In this document: one piece after another, positions 17,461-28,368 of the stretch
Numbering within the stretch: the first letter of the stretch is position 1
Layout: each line of letters opens with the position of its first letter
From: a virus
Virus record (IMG/VR): IMGVR_UViG_3300037247_000703
Location: 1-64,000 of that record
Direction: 5' to 3' (one strand)
DNA: 64,000 nt
Position numbers and translations under genes: made by a program
Notes under the pieces: model-generated
Seen by the model: only the letters and a program-made list of their open reading frames with translations
What the model was told of the DNA's origin: nothing
Databases searched by the model: none

Positions 17461-18258
17461 CCTGAATGGCGCTATCACAGCGAACGCACTGGCGCGTCTG
17501 GCGTGTCAATCCGAAGAATCGTCGGGCACGCTATGCCGACGCCGCCTGTCCAACAACCTCGCGCCTACCGCTCAAAACGACAACCGCCCCCGACCGCGTT
17601 GACTGCCAACTATGCCAGCGAATCCTCGCTGCACGATCCCCCAAAAGCCGCAAATGAGCTAAGCTCATCGACGCGGGTCATGTTCCGCGCCGCTTTCGCC
17701 CTCGGTCGGGTCGCGCTGGCCGGGGGCGGGCTTTATCCGACAGAAATCGACGTAGAGACGCGTTACTTTCTGTCAGAATCGGCCGCAGTCTGGGAAGGTC
17801 GGTCACGATCCTCAGAAGGTCGCAAGCGCTTCATCAGGCGAGGCCGGATCGCCTTCTCGACTCGCGCAAAGGCATCGGCTGCGCCGCGGGTAATCGCTGT
17901 GACGAGTCGTTCGAGCATTGGCCCATGCTATCGCATCACGTCGCCGATTGCCACGCGCAGATCAAGCAACAACCGATCGACGCGCACAAGTGCCTCAGCT
18001 TTCGCATCAGCGATGTGAGGTTCCCGCAAAACTTCAGGGCCGAGCTTGAGCGCTCCATCAACTGCGACGAACCAAATCTTGCTCTCCGGCGCGCGCTCGA
18101 CAATAACGCGCAGACCATCCATCGGCGACACTTCGTAGCGGCACCGGCTATGCTCCCTCCAGCGCCTCCGCGTGTCCCTTCGCCGTCTCATGGTCTGCAC
18201 GATAGCGGGGCAGTGCGACAGCGGAGTCAAAAAAGCTACAAATTTGCGTATTTTTTTG

Positions 18259-18288
18259 TTGCAAGCGCGCGCCGAGTTGTCATAGGAT
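18259..18288 (+). promoter_or_regulatory. Sigma70-like promoter
   Basis: TTGCAA, 18 nt, TAGGAT; upstream A/T tracts. Confidence 0.55.
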
Positions 18289-18312
18289 CAGAAGACGCAC
18301 AAGAGGCAACCA

Positions 18313-18627
18313 ATGAACGAACCGAAACACACTGTCGCCGAACTGTCGGAAAAATTCGAGACGATGTTCGGCATCCCCATCGAGCAAGGCATCGAGCGCG
18401 TGAAGCTGCTCATGCGGCGCACGATCTCGATGGGCGAAGCAACCAGCGGCATGAATTGGAATGGATTTTTCGGTCTGTCAGTACGCAGCTGTTCGCGCAC
18501 GACGATCGAGGATCACGACTTCATGATGTTCGCTTTCTTCGCGATGTACGGACTCGGACAGTTCGAGGCGTTGCCAAAGGTCGAGCTTCGCGCGACGCCG
18601 CCGGCCGCGTTGCTTCAGAAGCCCTGA
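18313..18627 (+). CDS. Hypothetical protein
   Basis: GAGGCAACC RBS; promoter upstream. Confidence 0.65.
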   Translation: MNEPKHTVAELSEKFETMFGIPIEQGIERVKLLMRRTISMGEATSGMNWNGFFGLSVRSCSRTTIEDHDFMMFAFFAMYGLGQFEALPKVELRATPPAALLQKP

Positions 18628-18663
18628 AAGCGGGGTGTCGCGAATCCAAACACCGTGCGGCTT

Positions 18664-18750
18664 TGTCACAGACGGTAAAACACGCACTTGCGTTTTTTAC
18701 TGTGCGAACCTGTCACGCGGTAAAAAACCTACATGAGTAGTTTTCCGTGG
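18664..18750. promoter_or_regulatory. Operator-like repeat cluster
   Basis: TGTCAC..CGGTAAAA twice, plus imperfect inverted repeat 18692-18704 / 18716-18728. Confidence 0.45.
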
Positions 18751-18967
18751 TTACAACTTGGCACCCCGCGTGCATTACCATCCATCATGACGAGCAAGAC
18801 CGGAACCGACGGCCTCCCTCTCAGTTGGACCCCCTCGCGGCGGGCCCGCCATCTCGCGAAGCGCGCCGCAGTACGCGCGGAAGAGAATGCCCGCGCAGCC
18901 GCCTACGAGGCAATGACAGATGCCGAGCGCGCCGCCGAAGTCGTGCGCATCATGGGAGGATTTTAGG

Positions 18968-19384
18968 ATGACGACGCACACAAACAACAATCCCGAAGAT
19001 TTCACCACCCGCCACGTCGGCGAGCTTTTCGATTCAAATCTCGACATCGTCGAAGTAGCCAAGCTCGTCCGCAAAGCTCTCAAGGGCGCCGGCCTCCGCG
19101 CCTCCGTCCGCGTGCAGCGCTACTCGATGGGCCAGTGCCTGAACATCGCGATCAGCGAAGTCACTTCGGTCGCACTCAAGGCCGAGTTGACCCGCACCGC
19201 GATGAAGCACGCCGACGAAATCGCCAACATCCCCGGCTCGCGCGACTTCGAAAGCTGCTACCGCTACGCCGCCGAGTGCCTCGCGTCTTCCTTCGCGACC
19301 GCCTACCAGCGCAGCGAGAGCGACTCCCACACCGATTACTACTCGGCCAACTTCTCGACGAACGCGACTTTCCGCGCCAACTAG
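18968..19384 (+). CDS. LPD29-like protein
   Basis: EVAKLVRKALK...SVRVQRYSMG..LNI...SDSHTDYY pattern; start after AGGA. Confidence 0.55.
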   Translation: MTTHTNNNPEDFTTRHVGELFDSNLDIVEVAKLVRKALKGAGLRASVRVQRYSMGQCLNIAISEVTSVALKAELTRTAMKHADEIANIPGSRDFESCYRYAAECLASSFATAYQRSESDSHTDYYSANFSTNATFRAN

Positions 19385-19413
19385 CAAAAAAGACGAAAAA
19401 GAGTTTTTTATTG

Positions 19414-19442
19414 TTGACACGAACGCCGAACGTAGGCATACT
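19414..19442 (+). promoter_or_regulatory. Sigma70-like promoter, probably giving a leaderless transcript
   Basis: TTGACA, 17 nt, CATACT, then 6 nt to ATG 19449. Confidence 0.7.
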
Positions 19443-19448
19443 AAGAAC

Positions 19449-19682
19449 ATGACGCACACACTCTCAACCAACCCGCCCACCGGCTCGAAGGTTCGCATCA
19501 ATGGCCGCCCCACCGTCTACACCGTGGTGAAGTCGAGCGAGATGGGCTTCGACCTTCGCGGCCCCCGTGGCGGTCTCCGCTCCGTAGTTCGCAACATCCA
19601 CCGCGCCGACGACCTCACCATAATCGTCATGGCCGGCATCTCCGCTCGCTCCGAGCGCATCGACTCTATCGAGGTTCTCTAA
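19449..19682 (+). CDS. Small hypothetical protein
   Basis: Directly behind the promoter. Confidence 0.65.
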   Translation: MTHTLSTNPPTGSKVRINGRPTVYTVVKSSEMGFDLRGPRGGLRSVVRNIHRADDLTIIVMAGISARSERIDSIEVL

Positions 19683-19683
19683 A

Positions 19684-20118
19684 ATGACCACCACCCAAGC
19701 CTGTCGCCTTCTCGCCCACGCCCTGCGCCTGCATGCCGACGTTCCGGCCGAGCCCGGCCTTCCGCTCTTGTCGGAAGTTCCCGACGACTGGAAAGATCGC
19801 GCCAGCCTGTCAGTCAATGAGCACCGCGATCACGGCATCGTCGACACCAAGGGTCGCGCTGTCGGTGGCCGCATCATCGTGCGCCCTTACTTCCGCTGCG
19901 TCACAGGAGAAAAGTACGGCGAATTCGGGTTCTCGGTACATCGCTACAGCGGTCAGTGGGATCTCAACTGTCAGGCCACGCGCAACGGTAACAGCTTCGG
20001 TGCGAGCACTCGGGACAAGACCTATCCCAGCAAGGCCGCCGCGCTGGCCGCTGTTGATGCCACATTCGAGGCCCAGCGCAAGCGCTACGCCAAAAAGTTC
20101 GGCACGGAGGTTCTCTAA
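19684..20118 (+). CDS. Hypothetical protein
   Basis: Translationally coupled to the upstream gene. Confidence 0.65.
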   Translation: MTTTQACRLLAHALRLHADVPAEPGLPLLSEVPDDWKDRASLSVNEHRDHGIVDTKGRAVGGRIIVRPYFRCVTGEKYGEFGFSVHRYSGQWDLNCQATRNGNSFGASTRDKTYPSKAAALAAVDATFEAQRKRYAKKFGTEVL

Positions 20119-20292
20119 GATGACTGACCTCGAAGCCCTCGCCATCCGCATCAACGAACTGACGCCCGGCCTGATGGTCTCAGCCGAGATGCTCGGGCAC
20201 ATCGCGCAGGCGCTCGCGCTCGACGAAGACGCGGGCATCCTTTTCTTCGGGCTCGTCGCCGAGAAACAGGTCGACGCCGAAGATGACAAACA

Positions 20293-20574
20293 ATGAAAAT
20301 CACACTCACAATCGGCGACAAGAAACTGATCGCGCGCAGACCGCACGATCAGTCGACGTTCGTCGAAGTCAACGCCGCTTGCCCGCGATGCAAGATCGAG
20401 CCGATGCAAGTGCAAGGCAACGGCAATTCGATCGAAAGTCGCGATACCTACCGCGCCGATGCGCGCTGCCTTGCCTGCGGCGAGACGGTCGGCACCCTGC
20501 GCGTGAAAGTGTCAACGATCTTCGGCATCGAAGAAGATGACCGCGTTTTGAACGGACGCTGCCGCGTCTACTAG
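20293..20574 (+). CDS. Zinc-ribbon protein
   Basis: CPRC...CLAC; ATGA overlap with the upstream gene. Confidence 0.65.
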   Translation: MKITLTIGDKKLIARRPHDQSTFVEVNAACPRCKIEPMQVQGNGNSIESRDTYRADARCLACGETVGTLRVKVSTIFGIEEDDRVLNGRCRVY

Positions 20575-20591
20575 TTGAGCGTGATCGCGTT

Positions 20592-21122
20592 CTATGTGTA
20601 TAGAGTCCCGTGCATGATGCGAGAGATCGACGATTTCGCGATGCCGTACTTTTCGCTCAACTGTGCGTAGGTTTCTCCGCGCGCTCGATCCTTTTTTAGA
20701 CGCCCGACCTGTCGATCCGTAAGATTGCGCCGGAAGCTCGCAGCGTGTCGCGCGTGTGCCTTGCGTTCCGCTTCAGGCCGATCCAGGGCGTTATCCGTGC
20801 CGCTCCCTATTGCAAGATTCGTGAACCGGTTGTTTGTGTGATCGCCGTCGAGATGTCTTACCTGCGTAACCGAATCTAGCGCTGCCTCTCCGTAAAGCTG
20901 GTATCCGGCCAAACGATGAACAGGAACCGGAACTCTTTTTTTTCGAGAATCAACAACGTTAAAAGTCAGGTACCGAGGCCGCGACGTTCCCGAAGACCTT
21001 GAGCATCCCGAAGACATCCCTAGCTTTCGAAAGGTGCCGGTCGGCGAGAGAACCTTGCCATCCTTCGTCACGCGATAGCCTTTCTCAAAGGCCGTTCGCA
21101 CTGCATTTATCATCACGCCCAT
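20592..21122 (-). CDS. HNH homing endonuclease with C-terminal HTH
   Basis: VHRLAG...VRHLDGDHTNNRFTNL...DN; TYAQLSEKYGIAKSSISRI. Confidence 0.85.
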   Translation of the reverse strand: MGVMINAVRTAFEKGYRVTKDGKVLSPTGTFRKLGMSSGCSRSSGTSRPRYLTFNVVDSRKKRVPVPVHRLAGYQLYGEAALDSVTQVRHLDGDHTNNRFTNLAIGSGTDNALDRPEAERKAHARHAASFRRNLTDRQVGRLKKDRARGETYAQLSEKYGIAKSSISRIMHGTLYT

Positions 21123-22980
21123 TGCTTCGCTACGCTATCACAGGTTGAAAATTTCAGGTGCCGCGATCTCGATCGGCGCGTCGGCATACCATGGCCACGG
21201 ACATTCGGAATCGCCGAGCGCGTGAATGCGGGCTAACTCCTGCTCGCGCGCGCGATCGTGTTCGAGATCGTAGTCGAGGATTTCTTGCGTCATGAGAGCA
21301 TCCATCGTCGCGAACGTCATGCCCGCTTCGATCTCGAACTCGCTGTACTCGCACCCGTGACTGCAAATGTAGGCCGGCTTGCTCACGGCAGATCCGGCAT
21401 CGGCAAAAACTTCCACTTGCCACGATATTTTTTTAGAGGTTCGGAATCGCAGCCATCAATGACAAGCTGACCATTAGGCTCAATCTCCACGTTGAGCGCC
21501 TCGACTGTCTCGATCTCGGCATCGTCAGTGTCGTAGGTTCTTCCGAAAAACCACCACCATCCATCGCAGTCAGGCTCGTTGAGCCAACCTTCGATAACCC
21601 AACCATTGAACGCGCGCCGCGCCTCAGAGCGCTCGACCTTCTTCACGGCGATGTCAGCTTGAATACGCTGTACGGCCGACTTCGCATTCGCGAGCCAAAG
21701 ACGATATTCACCTGGACCGAGCACGTTGACCTTGCTCGCCTTGTCCGAGAGCGCCGCTTGCGCTTCGTTGAGCTGTGCAATTAGTTCGTCGTATTCGCGC
21801 TCGATGCGCTCTTTGTCTTTCTCGATCTGATCGAACGTCATCGTCGCCTTTCCTAGTCGCCCGCGAACGCGTTGATGTTGAAATCGAAATGAATGAACTC
21901 TGCCGACTTGGGCGGGGCCACCTGGATCGACACGCAAGGGGCGCCCGTCATCGGATGACGCCTGCAATCGATCTCGCCAATTTTGCAGCCCAGCATCGCG
22001 TACCAGTTCGCCATGTTCGCGGCAGCGTGCATCGCGGCGCGCTTGTAATCGGCATCCATTTTTTCGCAGGCGCTACACATCGAGACTCTCTCCCTTTTCG
22101 ATCTTGTCCCATAGTGGATCCGAGGCCACCGGAAGGCAAACGATGATCCGCTCCCAGTCGATCTTGATCGTCTTGCGCTCGACACGGCGGATCGAATTGT
22201 AGTAACCGCCGCCGGGCACGACCACGCGATCAACCACGCGATCGATACCGCTCGGGATACGGTGCACGAGCGGGCCGCAGTCGACGCCGAGTTCGCGCGC
22301 GCGGGCGCGCATCTCGATCATTGTCTCGGCGTTCGACAGCGCGTCCATGAACTCTTCGATCAGGATCTCTTCCGCGAGTCGGAGCCGCGCAGAGGGGATC
22401 GTGTCATCAGGGATCGTTCTCTTAGCCATTAGCCCGCCTCGCTTCCAGGCGTTCGAGATCGGTATGCCGCGACCACCCTACATGTCGGCAGTCGAGGCAC
22501 TCGTATTCCCGGCGCTTCGTCGAGTTCCTGCCGCGTGCGTTGCCGTATCGTGCGGCCCTGTGCCGGCCTGTGAGCTTGACCCGGCCTATCCACCCCCGTT
22601 CGCTACGGCGACCATAGGCGCCCTCTACGAGCCTGCATTGGCTGCAGCGGAAGCTGATTGGCTGGCCGGTCCCTGCGTTGGTTCCGGGCATCAGGCGGCC
22701 TTCACCATACGTCACCATCGGGGGGTGGCTTCGGGCGAGTGTTACCGCACAGACAGATGGGAGATACCGGCTCCACGAGTTCGCCACAGGAACAGCGCCA
22801 CGGCTTGCTCAGGAACTCACGTCGCTTCTCGCGAGCCTCGAACTGCCGACGACGCCTTTCTGTCTTGCTGCTCACTCGTGATCCTTGTCGACTTCGGGCT
22901 GCTCGAACTCGTCGCCGTCGCCGTTCATGTGAATCGCATCGCCGTGCGCCGGCATCACACAATCGGCCACCGGACACGCC

Positions 22981-23020
22981 AGCGGCGGACCATGCAGCGG
23001 CGGACCATGCAGCGGCGGAC
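22981..23020. repeat. 15-bp tandem repeat AGCGGCGGACCATGC x2.7 (encodes PPLHG repeats)
   Basis: Direct reading. Confidence 0.85.
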
Positions 23021-26000
23021 ACGGCTCTACGTGGTTTCCCGGTGCATCCCGAGGATCGACACAGACATCTTTAGCTAGGAATTTACTCGGCCCGGGTGGC
23101 ACTCTGTGCCCGCCCTCGTGCTTGTCAGGTAGCGTGCACTCGGGGTGACGCTTGCACCGCTCGCCCTTGAACTCGCGCGCCTTGTCGTCGGTCAGGTGTT
23201 CGATCAGTCTTCGCACGATGAAGTGCATCGGACCTGACGAGCATTCGTGGCAAGTGTGAATAGCAATGTCGAAAATCTTCGGCCTGTCTTTGCGCTCGGG
23301 GATAACATAGCGAGTCGCCCACGCCCATTTCGTTGACCAATCCTTCGGCATGTCGCCCGTCGTGATCTCGTCGGTGCCGCATGCGTTGCACGTCCACAGC
23401 TTTCGCTCGACATTTTCAACCGTCATTGTTTTTCTTCCTCGGGGATTTCCAACGTCATTGACTCGACCGTGACGTGTTCGGCGGGGTAACCGACCGAGAA
23501 GCCGTCACCGACTTGAACCACTGTGCAGCCGTGATAGACCCAGGTTTCCTTGCAAGTGTCGCAGCGTGCACGCATCGTGAACGTGGTGCTGTCTGGATCG
23601 GGCTCGAAGTGCACGACCACGAGACTGTGACCGCACCACACGGGGCCAACTGCGCCATCAGCCACCGGCCGGCTCCTTGCCACCCGCATTGGCGAGCACC
23701 TTCTGATCGACCTCGGTGCGCTTGCGCAGCTTGTCTTCCAGGTTCGCGCACAGGTCGCGCACAGCTTGGATCACGGTGCCGCCATAGCCCTTCACGGGAT
23801 CCGAATGCGATCGAAGATGCACACTCGCGATAACTGGCGCGTCGGAATCGAGTTGGTCGAACTCTACTCTGCCGGGTGCCCCCGAAAACTTCACTCGTTG
23901 TTCGAGCACGATCGCGCGCCGCATCAAATCTTCGAGAGTGGTCGTCATTGTGTTTGTCTTCCTTTCACCATCAGGTGGCTTGGCCTTCGACTGCCATTTC
24001 GCTTTGATCTTCCGCACAACTTCGCGACCGGCTTCGTCTGCTACACCGCTGAGCAAGGCTTGCGCCGTAGCGCGGATCGTGTCGCGCAGCCATGTCACTT
24101 CATCTCGCCTCGCTCGCGGCGCAGCTCCTTCGCGATCGCAGCGACGAGCTTCTTCTCGCGATCGTCCATGATAAAGCCGCAGTTCTCGCCGCCGCTGTCG
24201 TCGAGGTAATCCTGAACGAGACGGCTGGCGATCAACTCGGGTTTCGCTTTACGTGGTTTCATTCCCATTCTATTTCTCCAACGCGGCGCGCGGCCCGACA
24301 TGGGTGAACGAGCAGTCGCACAACTCGCAGTGAAACTCGATGCCCGACATTCGAAGATGCTCGTCAAGCGGGTGCCCGCACCGCTTGCACTCCGGCTCTT
24401 TGCGGAACCCCGTGTTGTCGCGCTGTAGGCCCAAAAAGCTCCCCGCACCGCGTAATCCCGGCTGCCAGAGTCGACCAAACGCAACGATGATGCCGGGCAA
24501 GTGCAACGTCAACGACGGTCCGGTGTGGTCAAAACTAAAACCGATACTGAGCCACCAATTACGACCGAGTTGCAGATCCCAATTACGCATCGTATTCATC
24601 TTCCTTGAGGTTTCCTAGATCGAGCCACACGCCGAACAAATGAAATTGCAACGATGGATCACTGTGATCAAAATGGACGCCAAGCCCTAGACGCAGAAGA
24701 CGACCGAACCGAATGCCCCATCTACGGCGGATCGCTATCGTCTTCATGCCTTCGCTTTCGCCGCGTGCTCGCGGCAAACATCGATCGCTTCACTGCGCGA
24801 GTCGGCGCAATCAGTCAGCCATGGACGGTCGACCGGCCCGCAACGCGCTCCCCACAGTGTGCCTTCGTCGCGCGGGCGCGCTTGAACCCACACGACGTAT
24901 TCGCCGCAGCGCCACACGCTCGCCTCACGATCGAAAATGAACTTCATCGTCATCCGCCTCGCCGCCTCCGCTTCTCTCTCAGTCTTGGCGCAATAGTGAC
25001 AAAACCAACCGCACACCAGACTTGCGCCACATCCAACGCATTCAACATCATCAGCCAAGCAGTGTCGCTATCAACTTGTCGCGCGCCGACTTCGCATCGT
25101 CAACAAACGCTTCGCCGCACTCTTCCGCGAGTGATTCGGTACAGTCGGCATCATTGAGATACTTGTTGAGCACGTAGACCGCCGCGAGGCGTTCGTCACG
25201 GCCGATCGGCGGGCACTTGGATTGCAGCGCGTAGCGGCGCTGTGTCTCGACTCGCTCGACGATCTCATCAATCGCCGTGGCGATCTTGAATCCGGCCGCC
25301 TGCGCGATCTTCAGAATCAGATTGCTGTATCTGATCCGCTGGTTGTCGTAGCACACAAAGCACTTCACGTCGGCGGGCAGCTTCAGTTCGCTGCACTGGC
25401 ATTCGAGATTGCTCATGGTCGGGATCCTTTCTTCATCGCCATTACGACGGCGACTTCGGCGATCTGATCGAGCGCGGCGCGCGCGGCGATGATGAACTTC
25501 GGCATGCACTTCAGACAGATCCGAAACGAGAAGTGACCGACGGCGCGCACATTGATTACGGCCTTCGCCCCGTTGTACCGCTGGCGATACGTGTTACACA
25601 TCGCGCACTGGCCGGCACGCGCCACGGTCGAGGGTTCGGCGACGAAGTTCGGTTCAGGCATTGTCACTCGTCTTCCATCGGGTTCTCGTCGGTTTCACCC
25701 GTGATCCAGCGAAGCGCAGCATCAACGCCTTGCTCGTAGCTCATGCCGCCCCACCTTGAACCTTTGTCGATTCCATCGGCGGCCTTGTTGAGCACGTCGT
25801 CGATCTCCTTCTGCGTTCGTTTCACCGGTTCGTTCATGACACCGCCCGCCTTTCTAGCGCTTCTTTGTTCGCGTAATCGAGATCGTAGCGCTTGCCGTTT
25901 TTTTGCAAGCGAGACTCGACGCGATACCATTCGGCTTTCACTTTGTCGGTGAGTTTCGAGACGCGATTCCAATCCACCGATGCGCCCCCGGTGACCGCTG

Positions 26001-28053
26001 AGAGTTGCTGGCATGCGCTCTCCAGTCGATTCTGTGCGTCTTCGATGTAGCGCAGCGCGGCGGCCACTCGCTCACGGGCTGCGGCCTTCGTGTCGATGGG
26101 TTCGCTCATGCTGTTACTACCGACCACAGTTCCGCGGCTTGTTCGCCGCCGAGTGTGTCAACGAGGAAGGGCCGATAGTCGTCGTGCCGATCCCTGAGAG
26201 AGCGACACCTGAACAGCGCGCGCAACGCGATCTCGATGCCCGGCTGATTGCCGACGTCGGCGATGACCCACGCTTCGCGCAGATGGATAATCGCCGCGAC
26301 GATGCGCGTTGAAAAGCCTGTCAAGAACGCGGTGTTCATCTCGACTTGTTCGAGCGTCTTGATGCAATCGGGTTTACGCTTCATGGTTGCGTCCTTGGCT
26401 TGGGTGCGTCGGTCAACTTGTAGTGTTTTTTGATCGTCTTGCGAGTGGTCTGCCGAGCGGCGCCAGTGCTGACGTCCTGCATTTGCACGACACCGGTCTT
26501 CGTATTGACGCTGCGCACAATCAAGATGTCACCTCTTCTGTGCACGTAGTGCTGACCGACCTCGACCTTGGTGCGTATCACGGCTAGACGACTTCACTTG
26601 ACATCGATTTTCTCCAACGCCGGATCGAGCGTGATCAGCGGATGCCGACTGCGCTCGACCTCCTTGAGCGCGGTATCGAGCCTGTCAAGGTGGCGTCCGA
26701 CGGTCTTGCACAATTTCTCTTCCAACGCATCGAGCGCGGCCTCGACCGTATTTCCGAAAGCAGCTATCTCTACCTCTCCTGTCGCCGCCGGAAGCGCAGT
26801 CACTTGAAAGCCGCCACGCTGAGAACTGATCTTTGCGCTGACATCGGTGCCCGGCGTTCGGCAGTTGACTCTGACGAGCTTGCAGATATTCTCGATACGA
26901 TCATCGACCGCGAGCGCGACGATCGCCGACTCACCGTCGCGGTTGACCGCGCGCCATGCCCGGCGCAACTGATTCGTCAGCGGCTCGCCGAATGCCGGCA
27001 CGTAGCCGCTCTCGCGCACTGTGGCGAGGCAGTCGCCAACTACGTCGATCAGTTGCTTATACCGGTTGCCGACCTCGCGCTCGATCGCAGCGTGTTCAGC
27101 AAAGGTGCGGTCCGCACGCATTTCGAGTTCGTGCGCCTGTTGTCTCAGTCGGCCGACCGCCTCGACGATATCGGCGCGGTTCTCGCTTTCCGGCAGATCG
27201 AGCATTTGTCTGATGATCGCGAGCGCGTTCGCGTCCCTATTGCTCTCGGCCACTTCGACCCGAGTGAACTCGCGCAGGTATTCGACCATTCTCTCGATCA
27301 GTTCTTGGCGCGTTTCGGGCGAATTCTCTTCGCCAACGAACTCACCGATCGCGTTCTGAAGTCCGGCAATAAACCTATCCAGATCAAAACCCATCATCTA
27401 CGCCCTCCCTGCTTTGACTTCTTCGCCGAAGGCATCGAGTTCATCGCTGATGCACTCCATGATCTTCTCGTCGTAGTCGGTCACATCGTCGGGATTGCCC
27501 GTGTCCGACAGCGCGTTCATCATCGTGTGGAGCAACCCGCGCGCGCCCGCGAAGAAGGCGCGCTTCATCTCACGCTGTTGGGTCGCGGTGCATTCTGCGA
27601 GTTTGATGGCGTCGTAGAATGACCGCCACTGTTGTTCGATCAGCTTAGGATTGATCATCACTTCTTCTTTCGCTTGCGACGATTGCGGTTTGTGCTGCGC
27701 TTGCATGACGATTCACTCTCGCGACGAATCGGAAAGACCCGCACGTATTCGCAGTCGACGCAGACACAGCGGCCTCGCTGCGGGCACGGATGGATCCACG
27801 TCCAGCGGTGCGAATTGTCTTGCCAGACTTTCTCACCGGGCTCCGGGGTCGTCGGCATGTAGTTCCCCCGCTGTCACGAGCAACCCGCACCCACCCGAAC
27901 ACAGATAACCGCCAGCCTCGAACGATCGCCACGGCGGGGGCGGAGCCTTGAAGGATCCTATCGGCTCGAAGCCGCGCTCGGTTGCCGAGAAGCCCGTGAT
28001 CAGCGCGTCGACCGCAATGGTGGCTTTACATGCCTTGCGTCGGCAATAGATGA

Positions 28054-28368
28054 TCATGCGGCCTCGCGCGCGGTGCAGGCCGTATAGCCGCACTCGCCTT
28101 CGTAGGGAAAGCCTCGGCACATCTCGGGGCGAGTTTCGTAGACGCCGCAGTCACCGGACGGCAACAAGTTCGAGCACGAATAGAAGTGCAGCGGATTGGC
28201 GGGCGGCACTCCTTCGTTCGACTCCGTTGATGTGTGACGTAGGCCGACGTAGACGACCATCGCCGCGATCTGTTCGCCATCCTCGGCGGAGCCCTTCTTT
28301 TCTTGCAATTCCTCGGGACCGTAGGGCAGCGGGAAACAGCGACAGCAATGACCGGTGCAGCGGCTCAT
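28054..28368 (-). CDS. YkgJ/UPF0153-like Cys-cluster (Zn/Fe-S) protein
   Basis: CTGHCC...CSNLLPSGDCGVYETRPEMCRGFP. Confidence 0.75.
   Translation of the reverse strand: MSRCTGHCCRCFPLPYGPEELQEKKGSAEDGEQIAAMVVYVGLRHTSTESNEGVPPANPLHFYSCSNLLPSGDCGVYETRPEMCRGFPYEGECGYTACTAREAA

Noticed and set aside
17654-17668. Hairpin ATGAGC-TAA-GCTCAT as a ribozyme or terminator
   Set aside because: Too short, no U-tract, and no conserved ribozyme core nearby
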